Below are positions 37,808 to 52,044 of a DNA stretch of 64,000 nucleotides, piece after piece. The DNA comes from Octopus vulgaris (Eukaryota), in NCBI GenBank assembly GCA_951406725.2, contig OX597834.1:6510001-6574000 (forward strand), in the 5' to 3' direction. Positions within the stretch are counted from its first letter, which is position 1, and every line of letters begins with the position of its first letter. Made by a program: the position numbers and the translations under genes. The notes beneath the pieces were generated by a model. That model did not search any database. It saw only the letters and a program-made list of their open reading frames with translations, and was not told the DNA's origin.

Positions 37808-38317
37808 TCTATATATATAAAACTCTAGTTGTGTGAGTGTCTGTCTCCTACGATTTAGATTCCTAACTCCTCCCACATTTTGCGGTGCAGTTTAACCAAA
37901 TTCGGGTATCTTATAGTCGTGATTAATATCGAGCCCGTCTGGCTATTAGCGCGCGTCTACGATGAGTCTACGATTTTAAAAATAATTTAACATCATTTTT
38001 TATTCCATTTTAATGCCTAATTTTTCGTGTGTCGATGGCGGCGGAGTTGGCGTCCACGCTCACAGCTGCACCTGTTTGCTTCTCCCCCTTCCCTCCCTCG
38101 TGAAGCTGTGGGGAAGGGAGTTTAAGGAAATCAACGTCGTAATGCGTTGTCAAGGAGACCAGCGTTCTTTTAGAACAACGACTTCATGGCTTGAAGACAC
38201 CAAAACAGAAATGGCTAAGAAAGCCCGAATTGGCATCTATAAAGAAAGTAACTCTCTAAAAATGCTTATATAGTTATTTCCCTTACAAACCCGAGCAACG
38301 CCGGGCGATACTGCTAG
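37808..38317 (+). mobile_element. Complete non-autonomous Helitron (510 bp)
   Basis: 5' TCtatatatataaaa, 3' hairpin cccgagcaacgccggg followed by CTAG; inserted between A and T, no TSD, CpG-rich. Confidence 0.9.
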
Positions 38318-38720
38318 TAAATATATAAAATATAAATTAGAGATAAAACCACTACCATCCAAACAATATGTTGCTGCTCTCCATTCAGTGGTTCTTGACC
38401 CTTTTTTTGTACCCATGGACCTTTTTAAAAGATTGGCCCTTATTCCATCAATCTCGTTTGTTGAACCACTAAGTTGCTGGCAGACAAACACAGACACAAT
38501 TAAACACACACTTAATATTTATACATATTTATGATGAGCTTCTTTCAGTTTCCACCTATCAAATCCTCTCACAAAGCTTTAACTGGCCCGAGGCTATAGG
38601 AGGAGACACTTGCCTAAGGTGCCACGCAGTGGGACTGAACCAAGAAGCATGTGGCTAGGAAGCAAACTTCTTACCAGACAACCATCCCTATATGTTCATG
38701 TAATATGTAAATGCATGGAA

Positions 38721-38930
38721 GGTGGTGAGCTGGCAGGAACATTAGCAACCCGGGCAAAATGCTTAGCAGCATGACGTATGTCTTTATGTTCTGAGTTCAA
38801 ATTCCACCGAGGTCGACTTTGTTTTCATCCTTTTAGGATCGATAAATTAAGTACCAGTTGTGTACTGGGGTCGATCTAATCGATTGGCCCCTCCCCCAAA
38901 ACATTCGGCCCTTGTGCCTAGAGTAGAAAT
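38721..38930 (+). mobile_element. SINE B variant with an alternative 3' end
   Basis: Same head and central domain, but 3' ccctcccccaaaa...ccttgtgcct; related decayed copies near 300-430, 12170-12308 and 51880-51995. Confidence 0.75.
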
Positions 38931-39284
38931 GAATATGTAAATGTATGTAAATGATTCTCTGTGTGTGTGTATGTGTGTGTGTGTGTGTGTGTGCAGGAGC
39001 ATCAAAAGATGTACAACCCCACTATACATATACCTTATGTATGCATGCGTATATGTGTGTGAGATGAGAATGGAACAAGTCACCAGAAAAATTAAATTCA
39101 GAAGGGTGGGTCATAGTAGTAAATATTTTTCGATGTAATAAAATATTTACTTGTGCAAAAGTTTAACGAAGTGCTCAAGAATTCAAATTTCTGTGTAATA
39201 ATTCATAAATACATAAAACAACTTGAACAAAATGACACCTGAAAAATATGTCGAAGTATATACATTAAAATAAACATACATATA

Positions 39285-39378
<94 letters not shown>

Positions 39379-39435
39379 GTCTGTCTGTCTATCTATCTAT
39401 ATATATATATCTATCTATCTATCTCTCTATATCTA

Positions 39436-39470
<35 letters not shown>

Positions 39471-40860
39471 TTACACACACACACACACATACACGCGCAT
39501 ATATATTTCATAAGTTGTAGGAGAGCAATGTTATTTATTTTATACATGATGTCTTTGCCAAATTTTTTGGATGTTCTGGAATCTGTCATGACCAGCTGAA
39601 AATTCAAGAAAACTCAAATACCATCTCGCAATGTTGAAGAGCTATACAGATGAAAGTGCTCAACCTCCAGAACCGAACATTACTCTTGCATGAAGAAATA
39701 TTCTCGTTATATCTACAAAATATTCCCATCACTAATAGTGTGTGAGTGTGTCTGTGTGTGTGTGTGTTTGCATATGTGTTTTCTAATGCATGCCAACATT
39801 TGAATTGAATATTTTTTTGGGTTTTTTTGGGGGTTTTTTACATAATCCTGCTCTGCCATCCATTTGATATTTATCACGATAAAGTTGCCACAGAACTAGA
39901 GAAAGGAATGAAAGCAAGAAAAGAAATTAAATTTATCTTTCTTAGCATATTTAGTAATGGGGCCAGGAGCAAACCGCTTTTTTTTATATCTTCAATTTCC
40001 TTTTCGACTTAAATATTTCTAAAGATGATTGTTAAATAAAATTACCTCAGAAATACAAAATAAATAAGAAGATGAAATCCAGAAGGGATTAAGGTATTTT
40101 ATAGGTTATTTCTTATATTATATTATATTTTGTTTCTTCTGAAATATACAGGTTTAGTTAAATATAGCAGGTGTCAGAAATGGAAAGCATGCGGAGAGTA
40201 AGGAGAAAGTGAAAGTAAATGACACAGCGAGAGATATAGTGTGTTTGAAATAGAGAGGGATTACAGGAAGGATATTGTGATAAATGATGTTACCATCCTA
40301 GAAAAATAATCACAAATATTTAGGAAGACAAGAGGAAGTCTTCATGACAAACAAGTGGTTAGAAAGAACTGGCTAAATGCGAAATATGCTGTTATGTGAT
40401 AACTCTCCAGTGACAAAAGTGAAAGTAGATAAACGTGAAATATCTTGTGTGATAACATTCCAGTGACAAAAGTTCCTACTTGAAACTTGATATTTTCTTT
40501 CTTTTCGTGGAATGTCAAAGTATCTCCACTTCGGTTTTACTCAGTGGAGATATTTGACGCTAAACTTGTAGATTGCTGTGTTTTAGTTATTATTTTTCTA
40601 TGGCTTTGTCAGAAAGTGTTGCTAGCTCGATTCAGTATTGACCTGAGGTTAAACAATATTAAACAATATTACAACAGGGAAGAAACCAATAGGGAAACCT
40701 TTAAATGATCATTCAACTTGCTAGAAATAGCAGCCACTCTTCTTCATATCACCACAAAGAAAGACACAGCCTTATCGGATTATGAAATAAATTACACTGT
40801 ATCATAAAATATGTAAGTAAATAAATAAATATATAAACAGATAAATAAATATATAAACAG

Positions 40861-41515
40861 TGTGACTGTGCAGTAAAAAGCTTGCTTCCCAACCACATGG
40901 TTCCAGGTTCAGTCCCACTGCATGGCATCTTGGGCAAGTGTCTTCTATTATAGCCTTAGGCTGACCAAAGCCTTGTGAGTGGATATGGTTGACAGAAACT
41001 GAAAGAAGGCAGCATGCTGGCAGAAACATTAGCACGGCAGGCAAAATGCTTAACACTATTTCATCTGCCACTATGTTCTGAGTTCAAATTCTGCCGTGGT
41101 CGACTTTGCCTTTCATCCTTTCGGAGTCGATTAAATAAGTACCAGTTAGACACTGGGGTCGACGTAATCAACTTAATCCCTTTGTCTGTCCTTGTTTGTC
41201 CCCTTTATGTTTAGCCCCTTGTGGATTATAAAGAAATAAGAAACTGAAAGAAACCTGTAGTATGTGTGTCTGTGTGTGCGTGTGTGTGTGTGTGTGTCTG
41301 TGTGTCTGTGTGTTTGTGTCTGCGTTTGTCCCCCTTCACTGCTTGACAACCAATGTTGGTGTGTCTATGTCCCTGTAACTTAGCGGTTCGGCAAAAGATC
41401 CCAATAGTATAAGTACCAGGGTTTAAAACATAAGTCCTGGGGTCAATTCATTTGACAAAAAATGCCTTTAAGGTGGTGCCCCAGCATGGGCACAGTCAAA
41501 TGACTGATAAAAGAT
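40861..41515 (+). mobile_element. SINE A containing a nested SINE B (41008-41238)
   Basis: TSD agaaactgaaagaa at 40994-41007 and 41239-41252. Confidence 0.9.
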
Positions 41516-41869
41516 AATATGCTCAAAGTGGCAATTCCTTTTATTCCTACAATTGTTGGAGCAGAGCTGAATTGGACCTAAACAACATCAACAAAAACAT
41601 TATCAACCACAGTGCTAATATCAACATCATCATCATCATCAACAATATGTGCATAAAAGTAACTAGTAATTATGGGGCATATGTGATGAGTATGTGAATT
41701 GATCCAGACTGGAGGAGGTTTTGCTGTCGTAGTTCTTGTAATCTGAGACAGTTTGGTAAATATGTTTGGAGAGTAGAGAAGAAGGTAGAAGTCTGTTGAG
41801 AAAACGAGTCTCTAACAACGAAATCTGAAGTTCTTGTCTTGAATGCAGTTCAAGACATTTGAATGGATA

Positions 41870-42474
41870 CCAATTTCTTTACTACCCACAAGGGTCTAAA
41901 CACAGAGGGGACAAACAAGGACAGACAAAGGGATTATGTCGATTACATCGACCCCAGTGCGTAACTGGTACTTATTTAATTGACCCCGAAAGGATGAAAG
42001 GCAAAGTCGACCTTAGCGGAATTTGAACTCAGGATGTAAAGACAGACGAAATATCTATTACTTTACTACCCACAAGGGGCTAAACACAGAGGGGACAAAC
42101 AAGGACAGACAAAGGGATTATGTCGATTACATCGACCCCAGTGCATAACTGGTACTTATTTAATCGACCCCGAAAGGATGAAAGGCAAAGTCGACCTCGG
42201 CAGAATTTGAACTCAGGATGTAAAGACAGACGAAATACCTATTTTTTTACTACCCACAAGGGGCTAAACACAGAGGGGATGAACAAGGACAGACAAACGG
42301 ATTAAGTCGATTACATCGACCCCAGTGTGTAACTGATACTTATATAATCAACCCCAAAAGGATGAAAGGCAAAGTCGACCTCAGCGGAATTTGAACTCAG
42401 AACGTAGTGGCAGACGAAATAGTGATAAGCATTTTGCCTGGCATGCTAATCGTTCTGCCAGCTCGCCACCTTAT
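41870..42474 (-). mobile_element. SINE B with three tandem 3' units and a single TSD
   Basis: TSD atttgaatggata at 41857-41869 and 42475-42487. Confidence 0.92.
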
Positions 42475-42789
42475 ATTTGAATGGATAGCATCTGTGTGCT
42501 GGTGGTCTTTATGATCGTAGGAAATTGGTAAATGACCAAAGCTGAAGCATTTTCTAATCCTTTAAAAGGAACAAAATGCTAAGACCTTTATGAGTGGACA
42601 CAGGAGCTGATACAGGATAAATTGGCTTGCTAGAAATAGCAGTCAAATCTTCTTAAAATCATATCTAACAGTATTAGAAAATAAAGAACATACTGAATGC
42701 AATCCAAGACATTTGAATGGGTAGCATCTGGGTGTTGTTTCAGATGTGGATGTTGCTTTGATTGTGGGGTGTCGGTAACTGACCCAGGC

Positions 42790-43204
42790 TCTTTTACTCT
42801 TTTACTTGTTTCAGTCATTTGACTGCAGCCATGCTGGAGCACCGCCTTTTAGTTGAGCAAATCGAACCCAGGACTTATTCTTTGTAAGCCTAGTACTTAT
42901 TCTATCGGTCTCTTTTGCCGAACCGCTAAGTAACAGGGACGTAAACATACCAGCATCGGTTGTCAAGCGATGTTGGGGGGACAAACACAGACACACAAAC
43001 ACGCACATACACATATATATATATATATATACATATATACAACCGGCTTCTTTTCAGTTTCCGTCTATGAAATCCACTCACAAGGCTTTGGTCAGCCCGA
43101 GGCTATAGTAGAAGACACTTTCCCAAGGTGCCATGCAGTGGGATTGAACCTGGAACCGTGTGGTTGGTAAGCAAGCTTCTTACCACACAGCCACTCCTGC
43201 ACCT
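42790..43204 (-). mobile_element. SINE A, full length
   Basis: Family homology. Confidence 0.9.
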
Positions 43205-43379
43205 GAAGTATTTTTTTGATCCTTTAAAAGGAATAAATTGGTAAGACTTTTATCCTGAGTTGACAAAGGAGCCAATGCATGATAAATTGACTTGACAGAA
43301 ATAACAGTCAAATCTTCTGAAAATCAAATCCAACAATTTTAGAAAATGAGGGACATATTGAATAATATACATAGACAGG

Positions 43380-43697
43380 CAACCGTGCTGGTGGCAGGTA
43401 AAAAGCACCATCCGATCGTGGCCATTGTCAGCCTCGCCTGGCCCCTGTGCCGGTGGCACATAAAAAGCACCATCCAACCATGGCTATTTGCCAGCCTCAT
43501 CTGGCACGTGAAAAGCAACCACTACACTCACGGAGTGGTTGGCGTTAGGAAGGGCATCCAGCCATAGAAACATTGCCAGATCAGACTGGGCCTGGTACAG
43601 CCTTCTGGCTTCTGGCTTCCCAGACCCCAGTTGAACCATCCCACCGATGCTAGTATGGAAAGCAGACACTAAATGATGATGATGATGATGATGATGA
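43380..43697 (+). mobile_element. Family C (RTE 3' UTR) copy with (GAT)n tail
   Basis: Homologous to 10000-10385. Confidence 0.8.
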
Positions 43698-43699
43698 GT

Positions 43700-44560
43700 T
43701 CTAGATAAATAGAATGTTTGGGGACTGGGTGAAGTTCTCTAAGGGTTGTAGATTTTGTGACTTGCTAAAATGTCCGCAGCACAATAAGGAATAAGACTCT
43801 TAGAGGACTTGGGTCTTTGGATTTTGTTGTGTGAGGGACGTGAAGGGTGTGGCCTAAAGGGACTGTTTCACTCACCACTTGTATAGGTTATTCTAATGGA
43901 TCAGGAGTGAGAAGCACATCAGGTGCTGCCAAGGATAATTGGCAGAAACCTGACAGAGCTTTGATCAATCAACGGACATAGATCCAGAAACGAGAGGGGT
44001 TGTTGTGTGGTGTGTGACTGTGTTGAGCAGTTGTGATGAGGCAGGGGTCAGATAATCCAAGAGATTTTACTTAATCTAAGATAATCTAGGAGACAGTTAC
44101 GGTTTGGTAGAAGTTACGTTTTGAGATAAAAAAAAAGAGATCAAAGTTGTTTAAGGTGTCTGTGTAATGGGGTGGAATGCGAGTAAAAGGGAGAATCTGA
44201 CAAAGGGTTCAGCTTCCAGGCTGAAGGCATTGGTGCGTGTGGGGTGAATATGAGAGCCACGAGGAGATGTGAGGGTTGAAATCACTGAAAATGATAACTT
44301 CAAAGATGGGAAGGTGAGGTGAGATGTATATATTCTCAATGCAGAAGGAGACATGGGCAAAGTGTTTGTGGTGGTCAGAGGATTTCAGAGAGTGATAGAA
44401 AGAGTAGATATGTTTGGAGAAATGAGGGAGGGAGATTTTAATTCCGCATTACTGGAATTTCTTTTGCTGAAATTGAGATTAGAGAGAGGGAGATTGAGTG
44501 GAGTATATGTTTGTACAGATACAAACCTTTTGAGGAGAAATATAAGTAAAGAGTCTGTTT
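43700..44560 (-). pseudogene. Decayed CR1/L2-group LINE, endonuclease region
   Basis: Minus-strand remnants LGLSDPCLIT (PLGxSDH-like), NCLLDYL and NYPW, with many lesions. Confidence 0.45.
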
Positions 44561-46507
44561 TAGATTGTGGAGTTGGTTTGGGGACAAAAAAAAATTTGCA
44601 TTGCAGAGGAAAAATAAGATGTGCATAGGACATAAACAAACCGACAGCATTCATCAAGCAGTGAATGGCATACACACACACAAACGCACACATACACACA
44701 CACTCGAAGGCACACATACAAACCTGTACATGCATGCACACACACATGCACACAAATGCTCACACAGACAAACACAGATAGACAGACACGCATACACATT
44801 CAATAGGTTTTTTTTTACAAGTTTCCATTCACTGTATCCACTCACAAGACATTGATAAGCTTGAGGCTACAGTAAAAGACACTTGCCCAGAGTGCTGTGC
44901 AGTAGGACTGAACCCAAAACCATGTGGCTTCAAAGCAAGCTTCTTAACCACACAACCATGCCTGTGCCTAGCCGAATATTTTGAACTTTAGTTTATCTCT
45001 AATGGCTTAGTTTGAGGTGAAAGAGAAAGCACTCATCACTATTTTCTGAGCATCTAAAACTGTTTGGGGGACAAGAGAAGATCTTCTCAAACATGAACCC
45101 TCAACCAAATACTTGAAACAGAATGGGCTGGAGAGGGCAGGGGGTGGGTCTGTTAAAGACACCTACGGCCAAATGGCGGTGTTGTTAAATTGGACAATGG
45201 ATTAAGTTGAATAATATAATATGTGGGCTGCTTAATTAATGCATTGAACTATGGGAATACTAATTGATAGAACTGAAGCAAGGTCTGTATAATAATTAAG
45301 AATGTATTTAAAATGTTACCATTTCAGGAACAAATGAATTAAAATACGCCCATATATAGACACTCACATACACACACATATGAATACATATGCATACACA
45401 TATGCATGTACACATATTCACACAAACAATATATGCACACATATCCACAAATATCCATACATGTATACACACACACACACATGCACATACACACACACAC
45501 ACTCTCTCTCTTTCTCAGTGTTGGTCACACACACACACACATATATATGCACAAACACGTGTGCATGTGTAGGCACACACACACACACACGCACACACAC
45601 ACACATACACACACGCACACACACACATACACACACATACACACACATACACACACGCACACACACACACATACACACACACTCTCCCTCTCTTTCTCAG
45701 TGTTGGTCACACACACACACACATATATATGCACACATACTTATGCACAAACACGTGTGCATGTGTAGGCATACACACACACACACATGCACACACACAC
45801 ACAGACATACACACACGTACACATTCAAACACACTCCTAGAGGAGGGGTTGATCACTTAGAGGGGGGGAAGAATTTTGCGGAATGAAGAATTCTGGGAGA
45901 ATGAGACTAAAAGAGGAGACCTTCATCAATTAATGGTTTCTCCATTTGACATGAGGGATCAAAGTGAGTTCCATCTAAACCTGTTAATATAGTGTATCCA
46001 TTTTTAATATTCAATGATTTCAACAATCTCATTAAGCTTCACAATAGTCATTATAAATTCATAACAGAGTGGTAATTAATACTGTTCCAAGATTTCATAC
46101 TAAAGATTTGCAATTAATCTAAATATTTATTGGCCATTATATGTCAGCTTAATTTTCATATAATTACTAATTGTTTCAGCCATAAGTGAGAGGCGTAAGG
46201 TTCCAGAAGATAGGAATTGCTAAGTAGTCATATGTTGTTGTTGTTAAGCCCTGAGTCAGCCCTTCTGCAGAGAAAACTATGATTAAATACATTCCATTCG
46301 TGACCCTCCAATCTGTTTCTAGACCCATGACTACAGCATCTGATGTGTATTTCCTCTGGATGGTTTTGAGGATTTCCCTTCACCGCTTTGTGGCTTCAGG
46401 TTTGATCCCCCAATCAATAGCTTTGGTAAGCGTCTACTAGTACAGTCTCAACTTGATCAATATCTTGTGTGTGAAATTGTGTATATAAAAATTGTACTGA
46501 AGCACAG

Positions 46508-46536
<29 letters not shown>

Positions 46537-46538
<2 letters not shown>

Positions 46539-47282
46539 TCATCATCATCATCATCATCGTTTAACGTCCATTTTCCATGCTAGCATGCATTGGACGGTTC
46601 GACGGGGGTCTGGGAAGCCAGGAGGCTGCACCAGGCTCCAGTCTAATCTGGCAGTGTTTTTACAGCTGGATGCCCTTCCTAACGCCAACCACTCCACTGT
46701 ATCCATTTAATGGATATATATATATATATCATCACCATCATCATCATCATCGTTTAGCGTCTGCTTTCCATGCTGGCATGGGTTGGACGGTGTAACTGGG
46801 GTCTGGGAAGCCTGAAGGCTGCACCAGGCCCAGTCTGATCTGGCAATGTTTCTACGGCTGGATGCCCTTCCTAATGCCAAGCACTCCATGAGTGTAGTGG
46901 GTGCATATATATTTGTTTTGCAAAATTCTTGATGTGAAATCGTGTGTTGAAACAGATGTTGTTGTATTTAGGAATGGTCATTTTGCCAGTTTAGCCAATA
47001 AAAACACACGCACTATATATTTGGTGTTAATTTGCTTCAGCTTTATTTTATTTTTTACATTAATCTTAATCTTATTTCAGCCAGGTTTGGCAGAGTTTCT
47101 ACAGCTGGATGCCCTTCCTAATGCCAACCACTCCGAGAGTGTAGTGGGTGCTTTTTACATGCCACCAGCACAAGGGCCAGTCCAGCGGCACTGGCAACGA
47201 CCTCACTTGAATGTTGTTTTTCATGTGCCAGTAAGGTGATGCTGGTAACGATCACACTCGAATGGTGCTTTTTATATGCCAT
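46537..47282 (-). mobile_element. Cluster of three family C fragments
   Basis: 46537-46700, 46729-46903 and 47080-47282. Confidence 0.8.
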
Positions 47283-47454
47283 GAAAGTTATGATTATCCA
47301 AAGTCTGGGAAGCAGAAATCTGCAGTTATGCCGATTCAAAAATGCATAAAATAAGCAGGGCATGTAAAAATAAATTTGTCAATATTCAGAAGAATATTTA
47401 AAATTTGGATTTATACCCGCTATCCACGATAAACTATCACCAAGTAATGGGCGA

Positions 47455-47800
47455 AAATCTCGGATCTTGTGAATTTTCCGAAGTCCTCTCTCCACCTCTC
47501 GGAAAAGATTTTCCTTCAAATTTCTTTATAATCGTAATCTGTGCTGGTTGAAAGCTATTTATATAAAATTTCATTAAAAAAAAAAAGAATTCCTAAAAGT
47601 TAGGAGGGAAAAACTCGGATCTTGTGAATTTTCCGAAGTCCTCTTTCCACCCCTCGGAAAAGATTTTCCTTCAAATTTCTTTATAATCGTAATCTGTGCT
47701 GGTTGAAAGCTATTTATATAAAATTTCATTAAAAAAAAAAAGAATTCCTAAAAGTTAGGCAGGAAAAACTCGGATCTTGTGAATTTTCCAAAGTCCTCTC
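47455..47800. repeat. Tandem duplication, about 2.2 x 155 bp
   Basis: cggatcttgtgaattttcc at 47461, 47616 and 47771. Confidence 0.92.
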
Positions 47801-47877
47801 CCATCGTTGCTTTCTACGCCTTTTTTCTTTTTTTCTTCATATTCGTTTCCTACACATTTTTTTTTTTACATCCATTG

Positions 47878-48296
47878 CACTTGGACACAAAACTACTTGT
47901 GAAGACCTGTTGAGGCAAGTGAAAATCCAAATCCAAATCAAAATCGAAGTAGATCAATATCAATGGAAATTGCAACTGTGATACCAGTGCCGGTGGTACG
48001 TAAGAGAACCATCCGAATGTGGCCGTTGCCAGCGCCACCCCAACTGGCCTCGTGTCAGTGGCACATAAAAAGCACCATCCGATCGTGGCCATTTGCCAGC
48101 CCCGTCTGGCACCTGTGCCGGTGGCACGTAAAAAGCACCCACTACACTCACGGAGTGGTTGGCGTTAGGAAGGGCATCCAGCCGTAGTAACATTGCCAGA
48201 TCAGACTGGGCCTGGTGCAGCCTTCTGGCTTCCCAGACCCCAGTTGAACTGTCCAACCCATGCTAGCATGGAAAGCAGACGCTAAACGATGATGAT
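47878..48296 (+). mobile_element. Family C (RTE 3' UTR) copy
   Basis: Family homology and GAT tail. Confidence 0.82.
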
Positions 48297-48299
48297 TGC

Positions 48300-49284
48300 A
48301 CTATTTTTTCTTTTATTTTGTTTCTAGATAATATTGTAAACATTAGCCAAATTTTGAACAACAAAAATTAAATGTCACAAGGAAGCATCAGGATTTTAGA
48401 AATGATTCAGTGGGGCATGGCCAAAAGTCAGCTGGGAACCGTTGCTTTACACACAGGCCTTTTGCAAAGTGAACACATATATGAGGTCTCGCCCTGATAT
48501 CCTTTTGCTGTTTTTCTTTTTGGCAACGAACACAAGTCTGTAAACTTTTTTCCTTCCATTTATTTTTCCAACCTTATGGAAGTCAACTTTTTTCTCAGTC
48601 AATTTTCCTTTTCTCACATAGTGGATCGAGTGTCCCACGAATAGAAATCATACATTGAACATATTTATTTCCTCCGTGACAGTTTCAAAAAAAACTTTTC
48701 AGTAAAAATAAAAATTAAATAGTCCAATGGTTGAGCATCGAAGGGTAAATTTTTATTGTGGACTAGTCTTTTCTGTGGAATCAGGAATTGTGGTTGATGT
48801 AGTAATCTTCAACCATGATGCTGTAATGTTTTCAATACTATTTTCATCACTTTCGTTTTTATCACTTTCATCATCAAAATCTTCCTTGTCCAACAAAGAT
48901 TCATAAATACCGATATCAGATTCGTCCGAAGATAAATCACTGTTGTTTACGTTCATATTTTGCTCATCATCAAGAGTAAAATCTTCAAAGTCAGAATCGC
49001 TGCTTGCTGATGCCATGTTGTTAAAAACTAAGATGTACACTTCTCTTCAAACATTGAAAAACCAAAAAGTCTAAAAAAATTTCATGTTATTTTTACTTGA
49101 ATAAAGGCAGGAAAGGCTTTATCTCCCATTATCTCAAAGCTACAAGAATTCAGTCACATGATTTGTTTATTTTTATAGCAATTTTGTCGAGGAACCAGAT
49201 ACAGCCAGATCTGGCTGGTTCAAGCAAATAAAGGAAAATTTATTTTCGGTCAGTTTTTGGCTGGTCTGAACAGTAAGGGGTCAA
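48300..49284 (-). mobile_element. Internally deleted piggyBac-type transposon
   Basis: Acidic N-terminus MASASSDSDFEDF, then PFDAQPLDYFNFYF..ETVTEEINKY, joined to the Cys-rich tail TCVRCQK...ETSYMCSLCKRPVC. The end at 49284 reads ttga-cccctt (TTAA-CCC-like); the second TIR was not found. Confidence 0.75.
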
Positions 49285-49477
49285 GATGTTTGATCAAACC
49301 CTTGTCATCAAGGAAAAAGCAGGCACAGGAACTAAATTATAGTGGTGGTGGCAGTGTTGGTGGGAGTGGTGGTGGTGGTGGTGGTGGTGATGATGGCAGT
49401 GATTGTTGAGGAGGCAGCAGTGGCCATGGAAACGGTCAGTGTAGGGTATGATATAAATAAATAAATAAATAAATAAA

Positions 49478-49975
49478 TGCACCCTTTTAAATGCTAGCCA
49501 GGCTCATGGGCCCAGTTTCCCGGTTTCTATGGCATATGTGTTCCCCAGCTGGACGGGACACCAGTCCATCGCAGCGTTACTAATTTTTGCCAGCTGAGTG
49601 AACTGGGGCAATGTGAAATGAAGTGTTTTGCTCAAGAACACAACGCATTGCCGGACCAGGAATTGAAACCACAATCTTACTATCACGATGCTGACACCCT
49701 AACCACTAAGCCACATGCCTCCACAAATGCGCCCTTTTAAAGCCTAGCCAGGATCATAGGCCCAGTTTCCCGGTTTCTATGGCGTATGTGTTCCCCAGCT
49801 GGACGGGACACCAGTCCATCGCAGCGTTACTCATTTTTGCCAGCTGAGTGGACTGGAGCAACAGGAAATGAAGTGTTTTGCTCAAGAACACAATGTGTCA
49901 CCCGGTCCAGGAATTGAAACCACAATCTTACTATCATGGTGCTGACACCCTAACCACTAAGCCACGCACCTCCAC
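49478..49975 (-). mobile_element. SINE family E, head-to-tail dimer (about 250-bp units)
   Basis: tRNA head gtggcttagtggttagggtg..ggtttcaattcc, V-domain-like tgcgatggactggtgtcccgtccag and (ATTT)n tail; decayed copy at 5345-5550. Confidence 0.85.
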
Positions 49976-50567
49976 AGGGTATGATATACTGAGATTATAG
50001 AGGGTATGTCTTGTGGAGCAATTTTTGACTCTATCACGAATGTATCTGTTTCTTTGTAAACATTAGGGTGTGATTCGAAGAAATTTGGCTGTGGCTTCTA
50101 GCAAGTGTCAGTGACTGTATAGCATTTCTCTGTCTCTGCATAGCATTTCTCTGTCTCTCTCTCTTTGGCTTGTGAAGTAATCATGTTTATGCTGGAGGAT
50201 GCAGAAGCAAAAGAACAGTTGCCAAGCGTAAAGACAGTAAATGAAAATTTCTGCAAACTTCTTCTTTCTCACACACAAAGATATTTGTCACTTCAAGCAA
50301 TATACACAGATTATGAAAGTTATTGAAGACGTGTGATGCTGCTTCTTAATTAGATATTGGTATTAACTACAGAAGATTTGTGAAAGCCAGAGGGAAATAA
50401 GGTGGGTACTTACCCTAAAAGCATAAGTACAATAAATTAGAACCACAATAACTTCAATGAGGAAATGAAACTTTTGGTATTTTCTTCTAAAGTTATGGTG
50501 TATACATTAGTAATAATGATGATGATTATGATGGTGATGATGATGATGATGTTCCTTTGTGTTATAG

Positions 50568-50772
50568 TGTTGGAAACCTTAATGCTGGATTGTTATAATG
50601 CCCACTTTGGTATAGCAGTATAGTTGTTCGACCAGTAAAGACACGACTGTCTAAGAACGTCTACTTCATACTCTCTCTCTATACTCACTGACATCACCTT
50701 ATTTATAGTGACTAGCACATACCACTTGTCACGTGGGAGGGAAGTACCATTATTACTATTATCCCTGCAACA
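50568..50772 (-). mobile_element. 3' LTR (205 bp) of a Gypsy element
   Basis: TGTTG...CAACA ends, minus-strand TATAAATA, and polypurine tract aaaaggggg immediately upstream on the minus strand. Confidence 0.75.
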
Positions 50773-50883
50773 TACCCCCTTTTAAGTTTTTCTTTTTTTT
50801 CTTAGGGGGGTGTAATTTTATTTCTTTTAATAACAATAATTTTATTTCACCCCACTTCTCATTTTTGAATTTTTTTTACTTAA

Positions 50884-51760
50884 TTATACATTTAATATTT
50901 TTTTCCGTTCGCCATCCACTTTCAGGAACTCTGTACATTTTCTTTTTTTTACACTTGTGTGCCTGGGTTTAATCACCTGTGGTGGCGTTGGTACTTGAAA
51001 AGTATCATATAACCGTTTCATTGGTTCTTCCATTCTCTTGGGTTCACTCTCCACAAATTCTTTTTTCAGTTGGTTCATATGTCTCTTGTATATCCCTGCT
51101 CTACTCTTTACCAAGTATAGTATTTTTCCTATGCATTTGGTAATCATGCCATCTTCCCGACTCTGTTCTCCATTCTTATATGCCCTCACAAATACCTTTG
51201 CACCAATTTTGGAAAATCTCGCTGTACTTTCCATTGCAATTTTTTTCTTCTTGCCAGGTGTCAAAGATTGATTTTACCTTCTTTGCAAACATCAGCTCCA
51301 CTGGTGACATACCTGCTGATGTATTTGGATTTAGTGTCAAACGGTATACTCTTAAGAATTGCTGTAGAGCTACCTCACCAGTGACTTCCTTCTTCAACTT
51401 TCTTAGGGATCTCTCGAACATATCGACAAAGCGTTCTGCCTGTCCATTAGATCTGGGATAATATGGCTCCATAGTTACATGATCTGTCATGAACCCTTTT
51501 ACAAAACTTTTTAAATTCAAAAGACACAAATTGAGTTCCATTGTCAGACACTATTGTGTCTGGGATGCCAAATCTTGCAAACAGCTCATGTAAAAAATGT
51601 CACAGTTGAGGAGGTTGGCTTTTTAGCACTTACAAATTTCTGACCATTTAGAGAAACTATCAACTACCACTAAGTAGTATGAACAATTTAATGGATCAGT
51701 GAATTCAATGTGTTGTCTCAACCACAGAACATCTACTTTTGGCCAAGGTTCACTTTTTAT
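50884..51760 (-). pseudogene. Ty3/Gypsy integrase, frameshifted
   Basis: [47 protein letters not shown] and SPVELMF. Confidence 0.92.
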
Positions 51761-51818
51761 GAAATGCTGCTAAGTAAGCATTTTGCCTAGCATGCTAACA
51801 ATTATACCATCTCACAAC

Positions 51819-51864
<46 letters not shown>

Positions 51865-51995
51865 CAGTCAATAATAATTCTTTCTACTGTAGGCACAAGG
51901 CCTGAAATTTTGTGGAGAGGAAACTAGTCAATTTTATTGACCCCAGTATTTCACTGGTACTTGATTTATTGACCCTGAAAGTACAAAAGGCAAAT

Positions 51996-52044
<49 letters not shown>

